Positions 28,813-36,311 are shown, counted from the stretch's first letter. The stretch is 64,000 bases of DNA from an uncultured virus (IMG/VR IMGVR_UViG_2687453414_000003) (IMGVR_UViG_2687453414_000003); one strand, 5' to 3'. Translations and numbers: made by a program. Notes: generated by a model from the letters alone, not told the origin.

Positions 28813-29235
28813 TTGATGCCGGGGAACTTGCGGAAGAAGACGACGAAGAACGCTGGCCGTACCGAGCGTGAGTATCTACGGATGCGGCGCAGGGTGCTTA
28901 GCAAGTCGGGAATCTGCCATCTATGCAAGTCACCGATTGATCCGAACCTGAAACCGATCTGCCAGTTCGTACGGACAGATGGTTATACGTGGGAGAACGC
29001 GCACGAGATTCCGTTGACGTGTGGCCCGGAGTGCGAGGGACACAGTAGGAAAGCTAATCCGTGGTCGGGGTCGCTTGATCACGTCACGCCGGTTAGTGAT
29101 CTGCCTCCGGATTCCCCGTTGTTGACTGCGGATTCAAACGGTAAGCCTGCGCATTTGGATTGCAATAGGCGTCGCGGTAATCGACCGCCTACTAGTAAAG
29201 CGAGAAACAAGGTTTCTCGGGATTGGTTGTTATAA
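28813..29235 (+). CDS. HNH endonuclease
   Basis: CHLC, DHV.P, AHLDCN..RGN. Confidence 0.85.
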   Translation: MMPGNLRKKTTKNAGRTEREYLRMRRRVLSKSGICHLCKSPIDPNLKPICQFVRTDGYTWENAHEIPLTCGPECEGHSRKANPWSGSLDHVTPVSDLPPDSPLLTADSNGKPAHLDCNRRRGNRPPTSKARNKVSRDWLL

Positions 29236-29241
29236 CTAAAC

Positions 29242-29487
29242 ATGTCTGAATACAACTTGGACGAGGCCAACATTCTGGTGTCTGAACTGCGGGTCATTAA
29301 ATACATTGATGGTGACGGCGATCTGCGCACTATTGATTTGTCGCAAGGCCAGGGCGGTTCTGAGCTTGAGGATTCAGAGCGCGCGGACCTTATTGAGTGG
29401 GCGCAGGCGTTTGGTCTGGCTCCTAAGGTGATGGCTGTTATTGCGTCGCTTACAGATGAGGACGACGAGGGCGACGAGAGTGCTTGA
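29242..29487 (+). CDS. Acidic hypothetical protein
   Basis: 81-aa ORF. Confidence 0.55.
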   Translation: MSEYNLDEANILVSELRVIKYIDGDGDLRTIDLSQGQGGSELEDSERADLIEWAQAFGLAPKVMAVIASLTDEDDEGDESA

Positions 29488-30027
29488 TGAGTACAAGTCT
29501 GATGTTGAGTGCAGATGTGATGTTTGTGATGACTTGATTCGCTTAGGCGATGTGGTTCGTGAGCGTGCGGGGGAGTTGTTTCATGGCGAGTGTGCGTGAT
29601 TACGAGAAGTGGACATGGCGTGTAGAGACCTTGGGCGGTGGACGTGCGCGGCTGTCTTTTGGCATTGAGGTTGGTCAGGAATTGACCTCTCAAATAGAGG
29701 TTCACAAGGCGCTTAAAGCCCTACGGAAACAGATTAAGAAGGCGATATCTGATGATTAGGTCTCATGGCGGTTGGGGTTCGGATGGTGGTCCTGTCGCTA
29801 CCGGGCGCGGCAGCAAGGTCTGGGACGGTCTTCCTACTGTTGAGCAGGTTGAGGAGATTCTTCGCATCACCGGCTATTTGTATGAGGCTGGCGGGTATCC
29901 GGATGAGATGTCGGATTATGCGCGGGCTTATGTAGATGGTGATGGTGGGTTGTTGAATGCCCTGTCTCATTTGAAGCGGGCTTTGTGCTTGCTGCCGGTT
30001 GCGCCGCGTGCGGGTTAGGTCGGTTGG

Positions 30028-30101
30028 GGTTCGGTAGGCAAATTGGCAAAGCCGTCACACTCAAAATGTGGTGTTTGTGGGTTCGACTCCCACCCGAACT
30101 A
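30028..30101 (+). tRNA. tRNA-Leu(CAA), short variable loop
   Basis: GGTTCGG/CCGAACT; loop CTCAAAA; TTCGACT. Confidence 0.88.
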
Positions 30102-30107
30102 CGTATT

Positions 30108-30181
30108 GCTGCCTTAGCTCAGTTGGTTAGAGCGGTCGCCTCGTAAGCGACAGGTCGCGTGTTCGATCCACGCAGGCAGCT
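30108..30181 (+). tRNA. tRNA-Thr(CGT)
   Basis: GCTGCCT/AGGCAGC; GTCGC-CTCGTAA-GCGAC. Confidence 0.93.
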
Positions 30182-30203
30182 CAGGGGATCGTATTGTTTC
30201 GGC

Positions 30204-30845
30204 ATGGACGATCCAGTGTGGGCGTTGATGTCCGCGATGCTAGCGATGCTGAGTATCGGACAGAGTTCGATGATGTTGTTGTCCAAGGTGATTGGGCTGT
30301 CGGAACGCAAGATTGCCACCTTCATCAGCAAGCTAGTCGAGTGCGCGTCGTTACTGGCCCTGGCGATGGCCACCGGCACCCTTCTGTGGACCTATCAGTC
30401 CGCCCACCCACCAACTCCGGATGAGTTGGACCAACTTAAGCATCTGCCCGCGATGCAGCTGGTTTCTTCGGCACTACACATCTACTACCAGACGGTGCTT
30501 ATGGCGATTATTGCCTCATTTTTATTGTACGGCTGTTTCAGGATGGGGCGTATACCGGGAGAGTTTTCAAAAGGGTTTGGGTTAGTAATGGGCTTGATCG
30601 GTTTTGGGCTTATCTCTTTGGCGATAGTCCCGCAAGTTCAGATTGCCTATCCGAAGCCAAACCGCGGGACGGATTACTTCATGTACGGCGCATTCATAGA
30701 TTTCGCGCTAGCCGGTATTGTAATGCTTGTGGCTTGGGTGACTAAGCCAAGGAAGGACGCAGGCGCTGTCGCGTTGCGTACCTCTTTGAGGGCTGCGTTG
30801 CGTACGGCTGGGCAGAAGTTTGATAGTTCGGCCTTTTGGTCTTAG
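30204..30845 (+). CDS. Multi-pass membrane protein inside the tRNA cluster
   Basis: About 5 hydrophobic segments; TATTGT 6 nt upstream of ATG (leaderless). Confidence 0.7.
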   Translation: MDDPVWALMSAMLAMLSIGQSSMMLLSKVIGLSERKIATFISKLVECASLLALAMATGTLLWTYQSAHPPTPDELDQLKHLPAMQLVSSALHIYYQTVLMAIIASFLLYGCFRMGRIPGEFSKGFGLVMGLIGFGLISLAIVPQVQIAYPKPNRGTDYFMYGAFIDFALAGIVMLVAWVTKPRKDAGAVALRTSLRAALRTAGQKFDSSAFWS

Positions 30846-30896
30846 TTAGTCCTGTAGGAGTTTTGATAGTTTCACTCCGTCTAGAAACTGTCTATT

Positions 30897-30971
30897 TGCG
30901 CGGTAGAGCAGCCTGGTAGCTCGCCAGTCTCATAAGCTGTGAGGTCGCGGGTTCAAATCCCGCCTGCGCAA
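30897..30971 (+). tRNA. tRNA-Met(CAT)
   Basis: TGCGCGG/CTGCGCA; loop CTCATAA; TTCAAAT. Confidence 0.88.
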
Positions 30972-31033
30972 CGTAGTCCCCATGTGTCGCCTCTCCCGTC
31001 TTGAGCGGTGAAGCGTGTGGGGTAAGTAGTAAT

Positions 31034-31107
31034 CGCATTGTGGCGCAGTTGGTTAGCGCGCCGACCTGATAAGTCGGAGGCCGCAGGTTCAATCCCTGCC
31101 GATGCGA
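31034..31107 (+). tRNA. tRNA-Ile(GAT)
   Basis: CGCATTG/CGATGCG; CCGAC-CTGATAA-GTCGG. Confidence 0.92.
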
Positions 31108-31111
31108 CCGT

Positions 31112-31891
31112 TTACGGCTGTGTCTCGGTGCAGATGACGTATCTGCGTACGGGATGCGCGTAGCCGCCTGATGGGCAGCTAGATATGCTGGTGCTGTTGA
31201 GAGCTAGGCGTACCGGCTTCTCACGGGCGGGTTTTGTGCGGTCATCGCATTTGACCCGTTTGATTTCGAAGCCGTTCATGCTTAGGCAGCTGCCCTGTAC
31301 CCAGTAGTAATCCATGCAGACTGTCCACTCGCCGCGACCGGCTGTGTTGGTGTAGTACTTCTGGTCTACGTCACCGATACATTCGGTCGGTTTCTGGACC
31401 TGTTGCACAACGATGAAGTTGTTCTCTGGTGAACCGCATCCGGCCTTGTCGATTTGGGCGTTGGTGCGAGACCCGTGAAGATTCACACATGTTCCGGCAG
31501 GGAAGTCAGGGTTGATTGTTTTCGTATCTGGTGGGAATTGCCCTGCTATTGACGAGAATGAGGTCTGTTCGGTTTCTTGCTGATCAACCGAACTGGTGTG
31601 TCCGCCAGCAAAGGTGCTGCGTATTGACAGTGCTGCAAGAGCCCACACGGCGGCAAATACAAGTACACCGATCCCTAACTGGATGTACAGTTTCTTCTTG
31701 CTCTTCTCGCTGGGGTGCTTGACAAAACTGTCGGCCACCACAAAGGCCATAACGACTGCTGTTATCGCGAATACGGTGAACCTCGATAGATGCAGGTCGG
31801 TAAAGAACGACAGTATGAGCCCGAGTAGCAGGCCAACAGCTAGAACTATTCTAACTATTCGCAGTACTTTGACCGCAGATTCTCTGTTCAC
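31112..31891 (-). CDS. Membrane protein (3 TM) with Cys-rich LppU-like domain
   Basis: CVNL.GS...CGS...VVQ...C.GDVD.KYY..VC.DY.W..G.C. Confidence 0.7.
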   Translation of the reverse strand: MNRESAVKVLRIVRIVLAVGLLLGLILSFFTDLHLSRFTVFAITAVVMAFVVADSFVKHPSEKSKKKLYIQLGIGVLVFAAVWALAALSIRSTFAGGHTSSVDQQETEQTSFSSIAGQFPPDTKTINPDFPAGTCVNLHGSRTNAQIDKAGCGSPENNFIVVQQVQKPTECIGDVDQKYYTNTAGRGEWTVCMDYYWVQGSCLSMNGFEIKRVKCDDRTKPAREKPVRLALNSTSISSCPSGGYAHPVRRYVICTETQP

Positions 31892-31914
31892 AGTGGTATG
31901 CCTTTTGATGGTTG

Positions 31915-33156
31915 TTAGAATAAGCAGCGTTGCGGAGTGAATCTAAACCAGAAGTCCCAGTGGAATTCCATTATTCCGCACTTTCCTGCGTCTTTGGCTC
32001 GGTTCATCTGAGTGACCATATTACTGATCGTGCTATCAATGGTGCCACAGCCAAACCCTGCCGAACCAAGTACTAACCTGCCAAGAAAGCCTGCCGGAAC
32101 GGTAACGACAGCGAGCAAGTAGCCCGCCCACTGGCATTTACTCAGGAGGTCGGACTTAGAGTCTTCGAGTTCCATTGCTATTGATTTCATATCGTCAAGT
32201 GAGTTAATTTGGGATTTGAATCCGTTCACCTGGTCGGTGCGGATAACTCCCCATTGGGCTTTCACTTCGGGGGGTGGGCATTGCCCATTGCAGCCACCTC
32301 CAGGAACCGGCACAGGGAACGGTTCTTTGCTCCATGACCGAGATGGCCCGCCCTGACGAGGCAACCCGCCGTTGGGTAGCATGCTGCGGAGAGCATCGGG
32401 GATTTCACCGACTATCTCATTTAGCACTTCTTCGGCGGGGTTCCCAAAGGACTGGGCGACGGCCTGGCACTGTTGTTGGCGCTCATTGAGCTGTTGCGTG
32501 GTGTCGTCTTGCTTGTTCTGCGGCTGCTCGGGCTGTTGAGTCTGTGTGGGGGCCTGGCTTGGCTGCTGCTGTTGAGGCTGCTGCTGGGGTTGTTGGCCCT
32601 GTTGCGGCGACTGCTGTTGGGGCGCTTGGTAGTCCGGGTTCGGCTTGCCGGGGCCTTGGGTGTATCCGGGGTTGGTCTGGTAGTCCGGGATTTGTGTGCC
32701 ATGCGCCGGCTGTTGGGCTTGCTGGGCCTGTTGCCCGCCCTGTTGGCCCGGAACCTGTTGCGGTGCTTGAGGATTACCGGAATTGTATATGCTAATTCCG
32801 GAGTTCTGATCTAGCGGTGGCTGATTGTTGCCGCCCTGGTAATCAGGCATTGAGCTAGGCATTTGCGGAGGCTGAAAGCCTTGCCCGCCACCATCGGTCA
32901 TGCCTCCGGTTGGCGCGGGAGGACCAGTAGGTTCCGCTGCTGCGGTCTGCACGGGCGAAAATCCGCTGCCCGGCATAGTCTCGTCGCTAACGATCTTCGT
33001 GCCCCCGACCATGACGGCTGTGATGGCGAGGGCCGCTAGCGTTCTGCGAGTAGCGGGCGTGATCCGACGACGGGCCTTCTGCACATCTGGCCAGCGTTGC
33101 AGATTCCGGCACCAGTACGTCTTGTACTGGTTGCGAGAGGTCTTGTCACGAGACAT
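31915..33156 (-). CDS. Pro/Gln-rich exported protein with distinct C-terminal domain
   Basis: Arg-rich plus hydrophobic signal, long PQ linker, hydrophobic Cys-containing C-terminus; start uncertain. Confidence 0.7.
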   Translation of the reverse strand: MSRDKTSRNQYKTYWCRNLQRWPDVQKARRRITPATRRTLAALAITAVMVGGTKIVSDETMPGSGFSPVQTAAAEPTGPPAPTGGMTDGGGQGFQPPQMPSSMPDYQGGNNQPPLDQNSGISIYNSGNPQAPQQVPGQQGGQQAQQAQQPAHGTQIPDYQTNPGYTQGPGKPNPDYQAPQQQSPQQGQQPQQQPQQQQPSQAPTQTQQPEQPQNKQDDTTQQLNERQQQCQAVAQSFGNPAEEVLNEIVGEIPDALRSMLPNGGLPRQGGPSRSWSKEPFPVPVPGGGCNGQCPPPEVKAQWGVIRTDQVNGFKSQINSLDDMKSIAMELEDSKSDLLSKCQWAGYLLAVVTVPAGFLGRLVLGSAGFGCGTIDSTISNMVTQMNRAKDAGKCGIMEFHWDFWFRFTPQRCLF

Positions 33157-33263
33157 AGGGAACAACGTAGACCATGATGACCAGCACGTAAACCGGAATC
33201 AGAAAACTTGGGGCCGGTTTGCGGCTCTTGACGTTCGCGACCTGCGGAAAGGTTGCGAGATGA

Positions 33264-33340
33264 CTGACTGTAGGTCAATTTGGTAGAGCGCTGGCTTTGG
33301 GAGCCAGGGGTTCGGGGTTCAAATCCCTGTAGTCAGACCA
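33264..33340 (+). tRNA. tRNA-Pro(TGG)
   Basis: CTGACTG/TAGTCAG; CTGGC-TTTGGGA-GCCAG; encoded CCA. Confidence 0.92.
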
Positions 33341-33341
33341 C

Positions 33342-33425
33342 GCGTGGGTTGGGCTTGTTGGGTAAGGCCCTCCAGACTGTAAATCTGGCGCTTCGGCTAC
33401 GGGGGTTCGATTCCCTCCCTGCGTA
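33342..33425 (+). tRNA. tRNA-Tyr(GTA)
   Basis: CCAGA-CTGTAAA-TCTGG; long variable arm; TTCGATT. Confidence 0.9.
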
Positions 33426-33481
33426 CATTAGGTAGGTGGGCCAGTTCTTAGGCTGGCCCACCGTGGGGTGAACTACTTCCC

Positions 33482-33571
33482 CTAGTTCAGCTCAATGAAA
33501 ATTCGCACGATTTGGGCTACGAAATTGCAGACTTGTAGCACCACGGCGAAGATCCGAATTTTGGTATTCAT
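33482..33571 (-). CDS. 29-aa hydrophobic peptide MNTKIRIFAVVLQVCNFVAQIVRIFIELN
   Basis: AGGA RBS upstream; 10-bp GC hairpin (33436-33463) downstream. Confidence 0.5.
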   Translation of the reverse strand: MNTKIRIFAVVLQVCNFVAQIVRIFIELN

Positions 33572-33741
33572 TGAGGGTTGTTTTCCTAACTCTATGGAGT
33601 TGTTTGACCCCGGCCTTTTGGCCGGTTACGCCGCTGGGAATTGTTGTCCCCGTTGGCTTGTAAGAACCTTACCGCTACCCGTCTTAGGTTCATGTGGGTT
33701 TGGTTTGTGCAGTTCAGCGGCTTGGGCCTGCCGGCCCGATT

Positions 33742-33814
33742 CGGCATGTAGCTCAGTTGGTAGAGCACCGGAGTGAAGCCCCGGAGCGCACAGGTTCGAT
33801 TCCTGTCATGTCGG
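33742..33814 (+). tRNA. tRNA-Phe(GAA)
   Basis: CGGCATG/CATGTCG; loop GTGAAGC; TTCGATT. Confidence 0.85.
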
Positions 33815-33901
33815 CGTGAGCAAGGTACGGGTTCTGCGGCTGCGGCCCCACGATCTGTCTGGCCCCGGTTGATGGCTACGGCGCGCCGGGGTTGCTCGTA
33901 T

Positions 33902-33974
33902 AGCTCGGTAGCTCAATTGGTAGAGCGCCCGTCTCCAAAGCGGGTCGTTGCAGGTTCGATTCCTGTCCGGGTTG
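33902..33974 (+). tRNA. tRNA-Trp(CCA)
   Basis: CCCGT-CTCCAAA-GCGGG. Confidence 0.92.
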
Positions 33975-34057
33975 CGTCGGGGCAACGGCGGTCCTCTTGG
34001 TTGGGGGGATTGTGCGTTCTCCAAACAGGTTGGGTGCTGTCCCCGGTATAGCCCGAT

Positions 34058-34131
34058 GGTTCCGTATCCCAATTGGCAGAGGATTCCGGCTTAGACCCGG
34101 TTTAGTGTGCGTTCGAGTCGCACCGGAACTA
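34058..34131 (+). tRNA. tRNA-Leu(TAG), short variable loop
   Basis: GGTTCCG/CGGAACT; loop CTTAGAC. Confidence 0.85.
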
Positions 34132-34203
34132 CGCGTAGTAGCTCAGTGGTAGAGCGTCCGGTTGTGGCCCGGAAGACTTTGAGTTCGATTCTCAACTATC
34201 GCC
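34132..34203 (+). tRNA. tRNA-His(GTG), bulged acceptor stem
   Basis: TCCGG-TTGTGGC-CCGGA; GCGTAG vs CTATCGC. Confidence 0.8.
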
Positions 34204-34208
34204 ACCAA

Positions 34209-34281
34209 ACCTATGTGGTCTAATTTGGCATGACACCGGAGTCTGGTTCCGGTAATTGAGGTTCGAATCCTTGCGTAGGTG
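34209..34281 (+). tRNA. tRNA-Gln(CTG)
   Basis: ACCTATG/CGTAGGT; CCGGA-GTCTGGT-TCCGG. Confidence 0.85.
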
Positions 34282-34290
34282 CTTTTATAT

Positions 34291-34362
34291 GTCGCGGTGG
34301 AGTAATGGTATCTCGCTAGGCTCTCAACCTAGAGATTGCGGGTTCGACCCCCGTCCGTGATA
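34291..34362 (+). tRNA. tRNA-Glu(CTC)
   Basis: CTAGG-CTCTCAA-CCTAG. Confidence 0.9.
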
Positions 34363-34383
34363 CTACGTCGATATAATGCGGCC

Positions 34384-34740
34384 ATGACACTATACAATCA
34401 GATGTTCTTTCCGGAAGAATTTCGGGCTGCTGCTAGGCGTCTACGTTCTCTTGAGAAGAGCGCCAAGATGACCCGGCCAGATGACGGCGAGGCGTTTGGG
34501 GAAATTCGTGAGAAATTCCTGGAGATTGTTACGCCCTTCGGGTTCCACTACACGGACATTGAATCACCGCAGGGGCGTTTGAGGCGACTGTATGTCCAAA
34601 TTGAAGGTGGCGGCGAAATTGACCCTCGCGCTCTCCGGATTATTGGGGATGCGCTGTGCGAGATTGCGAGGGCTCTGGAGTATGTGTATGCGGGCGTTGG
34701 CAGTCGGGTGGATCGGTTGTTAGATACTTTGGAGATTTAG
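34384..34740 (+). CDS. Hypothetical protein in the tRNA cluster
   Basis: TATAAT (34372-34377) 6 nt before ATG (leaderless). Confidence 0.65.
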   Translation: MTLYNQMFFPEEFRAAARRLRSLEKSAKMTRPDDGEAFGEIREKFLEIVTPFGFHYTDIESPQGRLRRLYVQIEGGGEIDPRALRIIGDALCEIARALEYVYAGVGSRVDRLLDTLEI

Positions 34741-34745
34741 TATCG

Positions 34746-34818
34746 GTGGTAGTCGTATAGCGGCCTAGTACCTCTGCTTTCCAAGCAGATGACGCGAGTT
34801 CAAATCTCGCCTACCACA
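34746..34818 (+). tRNA. tRNA-Gly(TCC)
   Basis: GTGGTAG/CTACCAC; TCTGC-TTTCCAA-GCAGA. Confidence 0.92.
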
Positions 34819-34823
34819 CCTTA

Positions 34824-35009
34824 TTACTTTTCAAGTTCTTTAACTTGTGCTGCTGCCAGGGACAGGGCGATTGAAACAATCCCATTTGCGATAGCATATT
34901 GGATCTTCTCGTTGGTTTCTGTAGGTGTGGAGACAGAGATAAGCACCCCGTGCGCCTCGTTGGCTAGGGCGTAGGCGTTTTTCGTTAAGTCGTCGTGGTA
35001 CATGTCCAT
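34824..35009 (-). CDS. Small hypothetical protein
   Basis: 61 aa; TACGCT 7 nt before ATG. Confidence 0.55.
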   Translation of the reverse strand: MDMYHDDLTKNAYALANEAHGVLISVSTPTETNEKIQYAIANGIVSIALSLAAAQVKELEK

Positions 35010-35025
35010 AAGGGGAAGCGTACAG

Positions 35026-35097
35026 CCCTCGCTAGCTCAGTGGTAGAGCTGCTGGCTCTTAACCAGCAGGTCCGGGGTTCGATTCCCTGGCGGGGGA
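35026..35097 (+). tRNA. tRNA-Lys(CTT)
   Basis: GCTGG-CTCTTAA-CCAGC. Confidence 0.93.
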
Positions 35098-35120
35098 CAT
35101 GGTAGGGTGGGCGACGTTTG

Positions 35121-35193
35121 GCCCCGTTAGCTCAGTTGGTAGAGCTGCTGACTTTTAATCAGTAGGTCGTAGGTTCGAGCCCTACACGGGGTA
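35121..35193 (+). tRNA. tRNA-Lys(TTT)
   Basis: GCTGA-CTTTTAA-TCAGT. Confidence 0.93.
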
Positions 35194-35220
35194 CTTAAAT
35201 TAAGCACACGATATTCATTT

Positions 35221-35309
35221 GGAAAGTAAAGCAGGCCATTGGAGTGCCGACTAGTCTTGAAAACTAGGTGTCCCGTTTTGGGGCTGGGGGTCGGGTCCTC
35301 TGCTTTCCG
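35221..35309 (+). tRNA. tRNA-Ser(TGA), 8/4 structure
   Basis: GGAAAGTA/TGCTTTCC; CTAGT-CTTGAAA-ACTAG; 4-bp T stem. Confidence 0.75.
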
Positions 35310-35313
35310 CTTT

Positions 35314-35385
35314 GGGCTGTTAGTTTAGTTGGTAAAATTCCTGTTTTGCACGCAGGTGTCCGGGGTTCGATTCCCCGATGGTCCA
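35314..35385 (+). tRNA. tRNA-Ala(TGC)
   Basis: G3:U70; CCTGT-TTTGCAC-GCAGG. Confidence 0.9.
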
Positions 35386-35389
35386 CTTT

Positions 35390-35473
35390 GGCGAGTAATC
35401 CGGGCTGGTGTCTGGTGTCCGTTGCTAACGGTTTGGCCGGGGTTCCGGTGGGTTTCGATTACTCTGCTCGCCG
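35390..35473 (+). tRNA. tRNA-Ser(GCT), 8/4 structure
   Basis: GGCGAGTA/TGCTCGCC; loop TTGCTAA; GGGT-TTCGATT-ACTC. Confidence 0.75.
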
Positions 35474-35626
35474 CTAGCCAATCCACCTGGGGGATAGGCA
35501 GTAGTTTTCGGTGCCGTCTTCGTCGGGTGGTATGGGCGCTAGATTGACGTTGCGCGCTGCGAACATGGCTTTTACGTCTTCCCATACGTCATCATCCGCG
35601 ATGCAGATTTGGCGTAGCTTGTGCAT
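35474..35626 (-). CDS. 50-aa hypothetical protein (MHKLRQICIADDDVWEDV...)
   Basis: AGGAA RBS; nearly fills the Ser-Cys tRNA spacer. Confidence 0.5.
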   Translation of the reverse strand: MHKLRQICIADDDVWEDVKAMFAARNVNLAPIPPDEDGTENYCLSPRWIG

Positions 35627-35637
35627 TGTTTGTTCCT

Positions 35638-35708
35638 GCCGTTGTGTCCGATTGGTTAGGTGCCAGCCTGCAAAGTTGGTTAGTCCGGTTCGATTCCGGG
35701 GGGCGGCT
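35638..35708 (+). tRNA. tRNA-Cys(GCA)
   Basis: CCAGC-CTGCAAA-GTTGG; U discriminator. Confidence 0.85.
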
Positions 35709-35710
35709 CT

Positions 35711-35800
35711 CTACTTCTTGTCTCGGGTGATGTAGTCGTACATCAGCGTTGCGCCTAGTGCGGCGATGGCGATGTTCTGACAGATGTCTACCCAGCTCAT
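35711..35800 (-). CDS. 29-aa peptide MSWVDICQNIAIAALGATLMYDYITRDKK
   Basis: GAAGGA RBS; one hydrophobic helix plus charged tail. Confidence 0.5.
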   Translation of the reverse strand: MSWVDICQNIAIAALGATLMYDYITRDKK

Positions 35801-35806
35801 GTTCAT

Positions 35807-35879
35807 TCCTTCGTAGCTCAATTGGTAGAGCTGCGCCCTGTTAAGGCGTCGGTTGTTGGTTCGAATCCAGCCGGAGGAG
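35807..35879 (+). tRNA. tRNA-Asn(GTT)
   Basis: TCCTTCG/CGGAGGA; GCGCC-CTGTTAA-GGCGT. Confidence 0.93.
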
Positions 35880-35881
35880 CA

Positions 35882-36229
35882 TCACAGGTGCACATCTGGC
35901 GGCTTAGTTGCCTGGAATGTCGCCGGCGGAAGCCATAGCCTCATTGTGATTTCCGACCAGCCGTTTCCGCTGGTAGTGGGTACTTCAACGATTCCGAGCC
36001 AGTGGTTTGACGTGGTTCGTATCCAGGCTAACTGAGTGCCCTTCATCCAGCGGTTAACGATTAGGCCATGGGTTTTGATGTCACGGTGGATGCCGTTCTT
36101 CGTGCCGTCTACGCATCCTGGTAGCGCTAGGAGCATGTTGACGTAGACGGTCCTGAACTGTCGGGTGAGTGTGGGGTGGCTGGGCAAGCTGTTCCAGTGT
36201 TCGAAAGCCCGGAAGAGTGGATCGAACAT
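35882..36229 (-). CDS. Hypothetical protein, putatively SOS-regulated
   Basis: 115 aa; SOS-box-like site overlaps the start codon. Confidence 0.65.
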   Translation of the reverse strand: MFDPLFRAFEHWNSLPSHPTLTRQFRTVYVNMLLALPGCVDGTKNGIHRDIKTHGLIVNRWMKGTQLAWIRTTSNHWLGIVEVPTTSGNGWSEITMRLWLPPATFQATKPPDVHL

Positions 36230-36237
36230 GTGTGCGA
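36222..36237. promoter_or_regulatory. Mycobacterial LexA (SOS) box
   Basis: TCGAAC-ATGT-GTGCGA; one mismatch to TCGAAC-N4-GTTCGA. Confidence 0.6.
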
Positions 36238-36276
36238 TGATGGCTCATGCGGGCTTGGGCTGCAAGATGCATGGTG

Positions 36277-36311
36277 TTTCGTCCAGCTTGGCGATTAAAA
36301 GCTGTGCAGAG
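36277..36311. repeat. 35-bp direct repeat, copy 1
   Basis: TTTCGTCCAGCTTGGCGATTAAAAGCTGTGCAGAG, identical to 39179-39213. Confidence 0.9.

Noticed and set aside
30159..30203. ORF-track start of the membrane protein
   Set aside because: It overlaps tRNA-Thr; ATG 30204 with a -10 element is better supported
30897..30971. Initiator tRNA-fMet call
   Set aside because: D arm is initiator-like, but the three G:C anticodon-stem pairs and the C1:A72 mismatch are absent; left as Met(CAT), identity unresolved
35565..35585. Extra CGTCTT-loop hairpin
   Set aside because: Only a 4-bp stem and inside a plausible antisense ORF
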